Assembly (NCBI RefSeq): GCF_009914755.1
Contig: NC_060939.1
DNA length: 64,000 nucleotides
Origin: the human T2T-CHM13v2.0 reference genome, Homo sapiens
Strand: one strand, 5' to 3'
How positions within the stretch are numbered: the first letter of the stretch is position 1; each line of letters opens with the position of its first letter. A program made the position numbers and the translations under genes. Below are positions 29,416-43,658 of this stretch, one piece after another. The notes beneath the pieces were generated by a model that had not been told where the DNA came from, ran no database searches, and saw nothing but the letters and a program-made list of their open reading frames with translations.

Positions 29416-31123
29416 GTTTGTTTATTAGGAATGGCAGTGTGTCCCTCAAATCAGGATCTGATGATGAAGGTTGTTGGCTAATGATTGAGATAGAGATGGG
29501 TTTTTTTGTTTGTTTTTGTTTGGATGCCTATCTGACTCTGAAGGAAAAGAAAAAAATTTCCCTAAGTTTCTTAGCAAATCAAAAGCCTTCTACACTGACT
29601 GATTTTAAGGATAGGCTGTAATTAGGTAATGAACATTTTGGTGTGTTAACTTGGAAAACCCCAACTTTATAGCCATAGCTAATATATTCACTGAAATATA
29701 TTTCGGGTTTTGAAAATCAATTGGCCAAAAGCTTTAAAAACATTCTTTTTAAAAACAACATTTAAAAACTTTCTTGCAGAGTTTTCCTTTAAAAATAAAA
29801 AGTGCTACTTTTTAAGCCTTTGATCAAATGTTGATACTCCTCAACTTTGTGACTGAATCATTTAGGACAATATTTTAAATTTGCCTAAAATATCTGTAGG
29901 TTAAAGATCAAGAAAATTTCCTGATTAAAAGTGAAAGGATAACAGATATGTTGATAAAAATGCACAACGTCCATAGAATCCTGATACTTGCAGACATTCA
30001 GGTGTTTGTAGTTACTCTTCAGGGCCACATCCTATAAACAACTAGAAATCAGGATATACATGTAAGTCAGGTAAATTTCAGACAGCCTGTAATGTTTCAA
30101 GCAGGAAGATGTCTCCAGATCTGTCCTGGAGGCTTCCCTGTTCTTTATATTACCGGTCTTGCATTTTACAACTTCAGACTAAACAGAAACTGTATCAGAG
30201 GCCTTTGTCTTAGTGATTTAGGCCAGGGAGTGATTTACACTGACTAGTGGTCCTAGGAGCAGTAGGCTTTTAATTCTGCTTCCTGCACTCTAGGATTGAC
30301 TATCATGCTGTTGAAGATGATGTGTGGCTGCAGGGTGCACCTCCTTGCCTCCTTTCCCTCTGAAACATGCAGGGTTGTTCGGACCCTCCATCCTCTTCCA
30401 TGCACAAAGCAGTTAATGCAAATTCCGTGGTCCAAGACAATCCTTTGACAGTAACCATCAGTCATGCATTAAAACAGCAGTGTACAGATGGTACCTTCAT
30501 TGTTTCTGACAGGGACAGTTATGGGCATTGGATTAAAGTAAAAACTGAAAAGGAATATTCATGACAGGAAATTTTCCCTTTCCGGGGGTGTTTTGCAACA
30601 GCGGGAAGCAGCTGGTCATTGATGTGTCAGCACAAGGCAGCTTCCTGGATTTCCACTGGCTTCCTGGATTTTTCCAGGTGTCACTTGGAAAGTGTACTGA
30701 ATTAGTGCTTGAAACTTAGTGTTAGAGTGCTCGAAACTTAGTCTCAAATAGAGGAAATGAACACAGAGTAGGATACATAATGTGGCATTGTTTGGATTGG
30801 GAATGCTGTACTTATTTCAGAAATGCCACTCTTTTGGAGGAAAATTAGTTTCCTCCTTACTTTATTGTTAAATCTGGGAAATCTGGAAAGGGCTGTGGGG
30901 GCAGAACTAGAGTGGGCTGGTATTCAGGGCCTCCTAATAGGTGGCTTTGGTTGTGTGACTTTGGATGCATATATCACTGTGTATATTTGAAAAAAGCCCT
31001 AAAGTAACATCATCTATATGTATATAACTTTAAAGAACTTTAACATTTTTAAAGCACTTTCACTGATGTTTGTCTCTTTGATGATCATGTGAAATGGTGT
31101 TCTTAATGACTGTACCTGTCTAG

Positions 31124-31430
<307 letters not shown>

Positions 31431-32100
31431 GTATTTTTTTGTTTTCAGGATATTTCTGTTTATTTGCTCATTAAATGAATGGATTATGCAGTAGCCAAGA
31501 TAATTGAAATAGGTGACCAGTGAGATTTTATTTTCAGTTTGAACTATTGATTTTTTTGGCATTTGATATGTTTTACTCCATTGCAGTTATTCTTTCTGAT
31601 GCTTGAACTGTCAGATTGGCTCCTGCATTGTTTTGCTTTGGTCACTGTGATCCTTAATCATTTCTTCTATTTCCTGGCAGAAAATAAAATAAGGTGTCCT
31701 GGGCTCACTGTGTGTACCTCCCACCACAGACTGGAATCTGCCTTTGCTAAGGAGCATTACAGTGGGAAATTAAATTTAGAAGCCACAGACTGACAGGAGG
31801 TATTGGAAGAAATTCCAACTTGAGTCTAACAGATATCTCAGAAAGAGACAACTGAGCGAATGGGAAGTACAGATATAGAGAAATGATTTTTTTTTGTTTT
31901 GTTTGTTTTCTAAAAGCTTCTAGATTTGAGGGAAAACACAAACACATACTTAGAAGCAGCAGACCCACTTCATCCTTCAATTCCAGTACATCAGGTGTAA
32001 GGAAAAAAAGGCTATTTAGGACATTACAGAGGGCTATAACGCCCAAGCTCCGATGAGAAACTGATTAGTATCCTAAGATCTCTGAAACGCCAAGTAGAAA

Positions 32101-32103
<3 letters not shown>

Positions 32104-32132
<29 letters not shown>
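32104..32132. repeat. Pure poly(A), 29 nt
   Basis: Read directly. Confidence 0.95.
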
Positions 32133-32134
<2 letters not shown>

Positions 32135-32496
32135 GTTTTCATGTATGCAAGGATTCAAAGTTTACCACCCACAAATTATCTGAAAGAATTGCTGGAATAA
32201 TGTAATCCAGTTATGCAAAACCAAAATCAAACTCTAAGCAGAATAAGTGAGATATAATAAATCCAAGCAGTTAGAGTCCAGAAAATTTGGCATTAAGCCT
32301 AATTGTCAGTTGTCAAACATCCCATGAAACATCAACAGCAATCTATAACTGAAACTTCAGAATTCACTCTACAAACGGTCCTGGAGGAGTGAGGGTAGTG
32401 TATTTCAGAGGTAGAAAAAGCAGAGAAGAAATGCATTCTAAGATACTTTTCTATATCTATATCATCTATTTATATGTATACCTGTATATACATACC

Positions 32497-32531
32497 TGTG
32501 TGTGTGTGTGCACGCGCACACACGCACGCAT
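32497..32531. repeat. (TG)n-(CA)n alternating purine-pyrimidine tract
   Basis: tgtgtgtgtgtgtgcacgcgcacacacgcacgca. Confidence 0.9.
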
Positions 32532-33631
32532 ATGGACTGATTTATGAAGGCATATATAGAAAAAATAAATTATGCATTTTCACATAACTTTCACATAAAC
32601 TTGTAAATAACCACTGTAAGAATAGAAATAGGATATAAAGTTTTCAAACCTTGAAGGGCAATAATGGAACAAAGAAAACTGAACAATCCAATAAAACTAA
32701 GAAATGCTTTAAGAAAACACAAGAAAAGTCTGGTAAACAGGCAACATATTATGACAACAGAAACCCAATCTTATCCGTAATCACCATGTTGTGAATTGGA
32801 CATTTTCAGTTGAAAATGTTCCAGCTATGGCCACTTTCAAGAGATAGACTTAAATCACAAATTCTCAGACAAAAATAAGTAAATAGGCAGATAGGCAAAT
32901 GGAGATGGGGAAAAGCTGCAGCAAGCAGATATTAACAGTGGTTACAGAACTGTATCTTGCTGTAATGGGGGCTAATTGAGGAAAACCATCTGCGGCGGGA
33001 GGGCGTGTCTTCACTGAGGTGCGATGGCATTGTTGGCTGCTGAAGCAGGCATCAGAGTCCGAGAGGAGGACAGAGCACGTAGCCACAGGATGAGCACACC
33101 CACCAAGGGCTGATATGCAGAGCTGCCTACCCGAGGAGCATTGTGGGCCAGGAGAGCTTTGGATTCATCACAAGAGCAAGAGATGCATGGCAGCCCTGTT
33201 TCACAATAAGCATGTTATCTCACTCAGTCCTTGTGGCAAGCCCATTGGATGTACTGTCATTCTCCCGATGTTGTTGATTGGATACCAATGCTGGCCAGAT
33301 TCATGGTGCTTGTAGGAGTGGAACCACCATGCTCAGCGGGACTAGACAGCTGCCAAACAGTGGAGGCTCAGGAAACCCCTTCACTTAAGTGCCAGCCTCA
33401 CCCAGCCCGGACCTGGGAGGAAGCCAGGTAGTGGCAACAGAAGAGGAGGAAGGAAAGTCATCCAGGCACGTTTCCTGCGTGGAAAGAACAGCCTAAGATT
33501 GCTCAAGGTCTGGTTCAAATGGAGGTGTCCATAAAGAGACTTCCAGATCCCTTCCCATCAGAATTAACCTTTTGCACTCCCACAATACCGAAATACTTTA
33601 CTTATTTATATGTGGCTATTAGGACAATTCA

Positions 33632-34018
<387 letters not shown>

Positions 34019-34804
34019 AAGATGAGACCCTCAGTAATTATGTGAGCTTGGGAAAGCTACCACACCTCTTACATTCTGTTCTTTAAAGTAATAATAATTC
34101 CTGTGATATTGTCACAATACTCATGATTGGTGATACTTTTTAAAATTAACATTTTGGTAATATAACTCTTGCCCATAGTTTAAAAGCTGAGATAATTCTG
34201 TGAGGATTATTGTTCTCTGCTTCCATTTACATTTCTCATAGACAACCAATTCTAACTCTTTTAGCTGTTTCTTTGAGATTTACGTGCATATCTTGAAATA
34301 AAATGCTTATATTACCACTTTTTGCTTTAGTTCTGTTGAACAATGGAGAACCTCACAATACTGAAGGTGAGGACTTAGTTCTCTGTTCACTCTCTACCTC
34401 CACTACCACGCATAATTAACACACTTCCCTTCATTTATCACATTTACCTAATGAAATTACATAATCATTTTTGTTTAAATTAATATATAATGTTTATATT
34501 AAAATCTGTAAACTCATGATTCACAGCTGAGAGCCATGCAATAGGCTATATTCCTTTTCCTTAGAGTTAATACTATTATCTTTGGCCGGTTGTTGAATTT
34601 TTCATGTAATGATCACTATTCTATCCCCAAACTCTCCAGTAGACCTGTAATTTTCTCTCCCCATGTTCAGACACGTGGATCTGTGTCTTCCATGTTGTTA
34701 GAGACATCTTTTGAAGCATTTTATCCTCCTGCTTGAATGTAAATTGATTGTTTCCTAGCTCTGTTCTGCAGCTGTCAGACTGATATTTTCTTTTATGATT
34801 GCCT

Positions 34805-36022
34805 TTTGTCAACAGCTTTCTGACATCAACTGAGTATTCTATGACCCAGTTCGATTCAGACACTACCTTGCACTTCTGCCTGGCCATCTACACATTTGGG
34901 GCTTCCTACAACTTCCTCACATTTGTTAATTTGCTATAACAACTCCCAGAACTTGGTGCTAAATAGTCATTTGATGATGAGGATGCGTTCTGAGAAATGC
35001 ATTATTAGGCGATTTCGTTCTTGTACAAACATCAGAGTCTACTTACACAGACCTAGGTGTTATAGCATACTACACACTTAGGCTATATGGTAGAGCCTAT
35101 TGTTCCTAGGCTATAAACCTGTACAGCATGGTGCTTTACTGAATAGTGTAGGCAATTGTAATGCAATTGTAAGTATTTGTGTATCTAAACATAGAAAAGG
35201 TGTAGTAAAAATACAGAATAAAAGATAAAAGAATGATATACATATACAGGGTAGTTACCGTGAGTGCAGCTTGCAGGACTGGAAGTTGCTCTGGTGAGTC
35301 AGTGAGTGAGTAGTGAGTAAATGTGACGGCCTGGGACATTACTGTGTGCTACTGTAGACTTCGTAAACACTGTACACTTAGACTACACTAAATTAAAAAA
35401 AAAAAGTAATTGCACTGTGATGTTATGACAGCTATGACATCACTAGGCAATAGGAATTTTTTAGCCATTATAATCCTATGGGACCACTTTCAGATACGCT
35501 GTCCATAGTTCCCTGAAATGTCATTATGTGACACATAATTGTCCTTGTGATTATTGTTTTATTATAAAAATGCAAATGAGCTTCCAGGTGAAAAGTTACA
35601 TAGGACAAAGTCTAGGAAGTCCTAAGCACAGGGTCTTCTGTCTCTGTGGAGACCAGCAGTGCCATCCTCTTCATACATTGATGTGTTCACCAACCAGGTA
35701 GTTTCCCCAAGCCTTGCCGTCTGGAGTTATTGATGGAGTTTCATTTTGTATGCATGATTGATTAAACTTTTGACCACATGATTGAGCTAAATTTTCAGCA
35801 TCCCTCCCCTTCTTGGAGGTTAAGCCTCAAGTTCCAGTTCTCCAATCACTTGGTTGGTTTCTCTGGCAACCAGCCTCCATCCTGAAACCACTTGAGGGAC
35901 CTCTTCCATGAGCCACTTCATTAGCATAACAAGGAATTTCTGATTTCTGTCACTAAGAGTTTTTGAAGCTCTATGTCAGGAACCATGGACAAAGACCAAA
36001 TAGCTACTTTGTATTATTTCAA
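34805..36022. mobile_element. MER21-type LTR split by a Tigger3 element
   Basis: ttctgacatcaactg..gacactacc..aatttgcta..cagaact, resuming ..ttattataaa..caggaacc..ggacaaagaccaaata. Confidence 0.75.
34964..35541 (+). mobile_element. Tigger3 (Tigger3c/MER7-like) TcMar DNA transposon
   Basis: gttctgagaaatgc..taggcgatttc..ctaggctataaacctgtacagcatg..gagtcagtgagtgag..tatgggaccac; ~580 bp. Confidence 0.85.
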
Positions 36023-36629
36023 TAGCTATCAACTAGAGAATTTCCCTTGCCATTCTCCATTTGTGGATCCAGATCCTCTTTCCTGGTTTATCTTCTCAGT
36101 TGATGGATGGTGTCCTTTATTACAGTTTGGGAAAGGGAGCATAGCAGGATTTTGAAGACCTTATTTTTACCCTTACACTTGATGAATAGTGTGGCTAGGA
36201 ATAAGTTGAATACTTTTTCTTAGAATTTTGTTGTTTCTTTTCTTATTCCAATGTTCCAGTTCCCAATAGCTTTGTTTTGCTCTCTGAATGTTTCTTGTTG
36301 GAAGTATCTGATTTTTGTTAGTATTTTTAAAGCAATGCCGTTGCTCTGTTATAGTACTGAAGTTGTCCTCGTCTTCCTCCTTCTTCTTCTTTCTTCCTCC
36401 CCGTGCCCCTTTCCCTTCCCCTTCTTCTTTCTTTCTTCTGCTTCTGCTGCTGCTTCATTTTCTTCCTGCTCCTTGATCCTTCTACTTCTTGCTTTTGCTT
36501 TTTATGGAATTTTTCTTCTACTTCCTGTATTGTCTGCATCCTCAAAGTCCCTTATCTGTTGTTTATTTTGGTCTCTATTTGTCATATTAGAGCCTTTCTC
36601 ATGATGATAGGTGATCTTTGGTAGAAGCT

Positions 36630-36682
36630 GTGTGTGTGTAGTGTGTGTGTGTGTGTGTGTGTATGTGTGTGTGTGGTGTGTG
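36630..36682. repeat. Interrupted (TG)n microsatellite
   Basis: Read directly; longest TG tract in the window. Confidence 0.95.
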
Positions 36683-37856
36683 CAGGCAGGGGGTTCCCAT
36701 ATGTCTGTATGGTAGTGGTGGTGATGTTGGAGAAGTGGGCTTCATCATAGCATGATTTGGATGGGAACGTATTTTGGGGACCTTAATATGATTAGGTCTT
36801 TTCTCTTCATTGGATCACATTTCCCAGAGAAAATTTTTCTAGTATGCTACCTGGGCAGTATGTGCCTGGCAGTCAGAGCTCTGGAAACCAAAACAAGGGA
36901 GGGGCTGGGGGTCATGCATTCTTAACCCACCTCTGTTGTCAGTATGCATCTGTGCTCTTGCTTTACCTATGCTCATCATACAGAGTCCTCCTCATATTTC
37001 CTCTTCTGAGAATAAAATGCTAATATTATGCCATGGCCAAGAGAGGCAGTTGCCACTTGTGCATTGTGGTTCTTAAAATGAATATGCAACAGAGCCTATG
37101 AAGAACTTTTAAAATATGAGTGTTGAGGTATGTATGTGAAAATAGCAGAATAATGGCCTCAAAAATTATTTCCTCCATAAAATCAGAAAGAAGAAGGAAA
37201 CTGCCAACATTTGCCAAAAGTAAGTTTTTCAAAACTTTAGAAATAAACTAAGAGGAGACCAAAAGCTAGCAGCAATCTGGGGAGCATTTATTTTTTATAA
37301 AAATAGGCCGAATCTTGGTAAGAACAGTGACTTTTGTGACATTTTAACCTGCCCTATTTCCTTCTCCCATCTCCAGCTCCCTGGTAGCCTTGAATCTGCA
37401 ATTCAGGCTGCAATCATGATGAAACCATCAGCCTTTCTGTCACCAAAGTGGAGAGAACAGAGTTAAAGCTCCTCAGAGTCTCACTGTTGGAGAATTGTCA
37501 GTATTTGGTCTGTCTGGTGGTTCAGTAGAAGACCCCACTTGCAAGACTATTTTTACTTGACCAAATGCAGAGCTTTCCCAGTCTAGAAAGCCTTTTCCCT
37601 GGGTTGTTGGGTTGAAAATTTAGAAGTAATTGCTTAACCTTGGGGCTGCCTGAGGCAGTGGATATCAACTGAGGAAGATAATAAACTATAAAAAGATGAA
37701 AAGGAAAGGCTGGGGAATTCGATGTCCACAAGTTCTTTGAAAAGCTCCAAAAAACACATGTAAGGCTGTGCACATGCTCAGGAAAAATCTGAGAAGGCCT
37801 TAGACTCTCACCTCTGACTGACCTTGAGACTGTGCACAGGCAGGAAGTGAAGGCTA

Positions 37857-38239
37857 AAGCAGGGCTGTCAGCTGCCTGGCTGTGTGCGGAAGGTGTGCCC
37901 CAGCACACAACACAGCCCACTGCAAACACTGGGGGCAGAGCTGTCAGCTGCCTGGCTGTGTGTGGAAGGTGTGTCACAGCACACAGACATAGCCCACTGC
38001 AAACACTGGGGACAGAGCTGTCAGTTGCCTGGCTGTGTGTGGAAGGTGTGCCCCAGCACACAACACAGCCCACTGCGAACACTGGGGGCAGAGCTGTCAG
38101 CTGCCTGGCTGTGTGTGGAAGGTGTGCCCCGGCACACAACACAGCCCACTGCAAACACTGGGGACAGAGCTGTCAGCTGCCTGGCTGTGCCGAAGATGTG
38201 CTCCAGCACACAGATGCAGCCCACTGCCAACACTGGGGA
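37857..38239. repeat. Minisatellite, 5 copies of a 76/77-bp unit
   Basis: ctgtcag recurs at 37865, 37941, 38018, 38094 and 38170. Confidence 0.97.
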
Positions 38240-38378
38240 TTCATGGATGCCAAGCATTGAAGGAAATCTCAGTTTCCTAAATAGCTGGCAACTCATATAA
38301 CAAAGGAAAGACTTTAGTGAGTATACACAACAAAAGATACAGACTTTACAGAATTAGTTGAGAAAAGTTACTGAATAA

Positions 38379-38738
<360 letters not shown>

Positions 38739-40189
38739 ACATTGTAGTATTTAAAATGTCCAATTTTCAAAAAATATATGTATGAGACATGCAGTGAAAA
38801 TTTAAAAAGCAGATGGCATATACAGAGGGAAAAACAAAACAGAGTCAATAGGAATTGTCCTAAGAAAGCCCAGATGTTGAGTTTACTAGCAAAACACTTT
38901 AAACCAGTTATTTTATATATGTTCAATGCAGTAAACACTGTCTAAAACACTAAAGGAAAGTATAAGAATATCTCACCAAATAAATAATGCCAGTAAAGAT
39001 GCATAGACATAAAAAATTTGATTCTGGAGTTAAAAATTCCAATAATGAAAATGAAATATTAACTAATGAGTTTCAATAAAAGATTCGAACAGGTGGAAGA
39101 AAGAAGGAACTTAAAGACGGATCAACTGAGTTTATCCCATCTGAATAACTGAGAAAAAAAATGGGGAAAAATGAACTAAGCATCAGAAACCTGTGAGAAA
39201 ACAATCATAGCAACATACGCAAAAGAGTTATCCTAGAAGGAAAGAGGAAAGAAAGGGGCAGAAAGAATACTTGAAGCCAAAGGGAGTAAAAGCTTCCCAA
39301 ATTGGGTGAAAAACATTGATGTACACATCCGTAAAGCTTAACAAACTACAGGAAGGATAAAACCAAAGATCCACACCTAGATACATCATAATCAAACTGT
39401 TGAAAGACAAAGAGGGAATCTTGAAAGCAGCAGGAGAGAACCAACTCATCACATGCAAAGTAGCCTTAATCAGATGAACAGCTGATTTCTCAACAGAAAC
39501 CATGGAAGATAGAAAGCAGTGGAAAAGGATATTTTCAAAGTGCTGGAAGAAAAGACTTTAAGAATTCTATACCCAGTAAAAATATCTTTCAAAATGAAGG
39601 AGCAATTAATGCATTTTCCAATTTTAGAGAAGCTGAGACAATCCACTGCTGGAAAATTTTCCCTGCAAGAAAATACTGAAGAGTACTTTAGGTGAAATGA
39701 AAGGAGGGTAATTGGGATCTATAAAGAGATAAAGAATATCAGTAAGTAACTACCTAGGTAAACATAAAAGACACTGTAAATATATTTTGTGTTCATAACT
39801 CTTTTTTTCTCCTCTCTGATTTGAGATGCAACTGCATAAAGCAATAATTATAAGTATGTGTTGATATGCATACAGTGTATATAAATGTAATTTTTAATGC
39901 AACAACAACACAGAGGAGGAGAAAGCAGAGTTATACAGGGGGAAAGTTTTTGTACACTATTGCTTTAAGTTAGTATCAATCCAGACAAGATTGTTAGAAG
40001 TCAAGATGTTAATTGTAATTCCCGGGAAAAACAGCTTTACAAGAAGTAAGTGAAGTGACAAGGAAATGAAAATGGTACAGTGGAGAACATCTGCTTAACA
40101 AATTAGAAGGCAGTAGGGAAGGATTGGGGGAAGCACACAAGGCATGTAGAAAATCATAAAAAGCACCTAAGACATATAGAAAATAGCAA

Positions 40190-40464
40190 ACTGGGCACAG
40201 TGGTTCACACCTGTATTTTAAGCCCTTTGGGAGGCTGAGACAGGAGGATTGCTTGAGGCCTATCGTTGGAGGCTAGCCTGGGTTACAGAGTGAGGCCCTA
40301 TCTCTACAAAAAAAAGAAAAATTAGGTAGGCATGGTGACTCACACCTGTAGTCCTAGCTACTCAGGAGGTTGAGGTGGGAGGATTGCTTGAGTGCATGAG
40401 TTTGAGGCTACAGTGAACTGTGATTACACTGCACTCTAGCCTGGGTAACAGAGTGAGACCCTGA
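40190..40464 (+). mobile_element. AluJ lacking an A tail
   Basis: ggaggattgcttgag in both arms, gaggctacagtga. Confidence 0.9.
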
Positions 40465-40722
40465 GGAAGGAAGGAGCAACCTGTTAGCTGTAAATTCTAC
40501 TTTATCAGATTGCACATGAAAGTAGGTGGATTAGACACTCCAATGAAAATACAGAGATTGACAGAATAAATTAATAATTTGGCTGTATATGCAAGAGACA
40601 CATTTTAGATTCAAAGGCACAAATAGGTTGAAAATAAATAGATGCAAAAAGATAATACCATGCAAACAGTAGTGAAGCTAGAGCTACAGTGGCTATACCA
40701 ATATCAGACAAAATAGACTTCA

Positions 40723-40965
<243 letters not shown>

Positions 40966-41522
40966 TCACAATTATAAATACATATGACGTATCAATGGGG
41001 CCCTCAAATACATGAAGCAAAAAGAGACAGAATTAAAGGGGAGTAATAGACAATTCAACAAAAATAGTTGAAGACTTCGGTACCCCTCTTTCAATAATGA
41101 TAGAAACACTAGACAGTTAAAAAATAAATGGAAGACTTGAATGGCTTTCGTCTGCTAGCTAATGGACACCTTTTTTGTGATACCCTTGTTTCTTGTGTAT
41201 AATTTTAAAACAACTACATAAAGCAATAATTAAAATCTGACTGACATTAGACTTAAAAATAGAGTTAATAACCATTAGGCTTAAATTAGACCTAATAGAC
41301 ACATCTATAGGACACTCCACAGAAAATGAAAAGACAACTCACAGAATGTGAGATAATATATGAAATAATATATTTCCTAAGGGTCAAGTATCCAGCATAT
41401 GTTAAAGAAACTCTTACAACTCAACAAAAATACAACCTAATTTAAGAAAGATCAAAGGATATTTATCCAATGAAATACTAAATGAGTAGACATTTATTCA
41501 GTGCAATAGTCAAAGCCACTGA

Positions 41523-41825
41523 GGCTGGGCCTGATGGCCGAAACCTGTAGTCCCAGCATTTTGGGAGGCTGAGGCAGGAGGATCACTTGAGGCCAGGAGT
41601 TGGAGACCAGCCTGGGCAACCCATCAAGACCCAATTGCTACAAAAAAATTTAAAAATTAGCTGGGTGCAGTAGTGAATGGCTGTAGTCCCAACTCCTCAG
41701 GAGGCTGAGGCAGGAGGATCACTTGAGCACAGGAGGTCGAGGCTGCAGTGAGCTATGATTATACCACTGCACTCCAGCCTGGGTGATGGACCAAAACCCC
41801 ATCTCAGAAAACAAAAACAAAAAAC
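41523..41825 (+). mobile_element. AluJ
   Basis: ggaggatcacttgag, ggaggtcgaggctgcagtgagctatgat. Confidence 0.93.
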
Positions 41826-42759
41826 TAAGAAAACTCCACTGAATTCTGTACTTTAAAAAGATAATTTTATCATACATTAATTATGGCTCATTTTTTAAGT
41901 ATAAATGCTTGTGTCCAAACCTTCTTATATCTTGAATTGTTCAGTGTGAAAAGAGATCTAGGTTGCTTTTTTTTTAAAACAAAGCTTCCTGAATTGTCTG
42001 TTGTGAATATTGTGTTAGCAAACATAGATTTTGAAAATCAGCGAAACACCAGAACTTGAAACGCACTCTGGGCACTTAACTTGAAAGTACTACATATGCT
42101 ATTTTTATAATTATTTTTTATCTGATTTTCCCCCCGCCCACTAGATTTATCTCAATTGATGAAGCATTTATTGTGGCTTCTTAATAGATGTCTATTTAGA
42201 AGAATTATAAACCTTTTTAAAAAATAAGCCAGCTTTATTGAAGCTGTAATTGACATACAAAAACTATATAGTTTAAGTATACAGGTTGATAGGTTGAGAC
42301 AAGTTTGTACACTCATGAAACCATTCCGACAATATAAAGAACATTTCCATCATTTGTAATAGGCTGCGTTTTGTTTTGTTTTGTTTTTTGCCCCTCTGCA
42401 GTTCCTCCCTTACACCTCAGCTTCCTCTAACCTCCAGGCAACCACTAATCTGATTTGTCACTATGGATTATTTTGCTCACTATTTAATTGGATTTTTTAA
42501 ATGTTGAATTTTGAGAGTTCTTTATATATTCCAGAGATAAAAGTACTTTGTCAGATATGTGGACTCTAAATGTAAGAGTGGTTTCCAATACTCTTAACAA
42601 GGTATTTTCCAGCAAAAAAAAAGTTTTTAATTTTCATACAGTCTAATTTTATTTTTCTTTTACAGCTCATGTTTTTAGTGTCATGTCCAAGAACATTTCA
42701 CTAAGCCCAGGACCCTGAAGATTTTTTCCTATGTTTTCTTAAAAAGGTTTATAGTTTAA

Positions 42760-43145
<386 letters not shown>

Positions 43146-43658
43146 TAGTTCCTTTTTTTATATCGATGTCCAATTGCTGCAGCCCCATTTGTTGAAAAGA
43201 TTGCCCTTTATTATCCATTGAATTGCTTTTGCACATCTGTCATAATTATTAGGCTCCACTTCAGGAGGTCTATTTCTAGAGTCTTTATTCTGTTTCATTT
43301 ATCTATGTATTAATCCCTCAACTAATACCACACAGCCTAGATCACTGTAAATCTTCAAATCTGGTGGGATGATTGCTTATATTCCTTCTCTTTCAAAGTT
43401 GTTTCAGCTACTCTTTTCCTTTTGTCTTTCCATATACATTTTAGAACTATCGTATGTATATCAACAAATATATTACAGGGATTTTGATATGATTACATTA
43501 AACCTCGATACCAATTTGAGGAATGTTAGCATATTTATTATATTATTTCAGTTTGTGAATATGTCTGTTTATTTCTTCTTTGATTCCTGTCATTGGTGTT
43601 TGTAATTTTCAATATACAAGTCAAGTACACACTTCGTTAGATTTACACCTAAGCCATT

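Noticed and set aside
30567-30680. NF-kB-like GGAAATTTTCCC and a short cttcctggattt repeat
   Set aside because: Spacing deviates from the 10-bp consensus and short motifs occur by chance; no supporting evidence
37522-38300. Repetitive 138-210-aa ORFs, and a CRISPR-like appearance of the array
   Set aside because: The ORFs are translations of the minisatellite; units are contiguous with no unique spacers, and the DNA is mammalian
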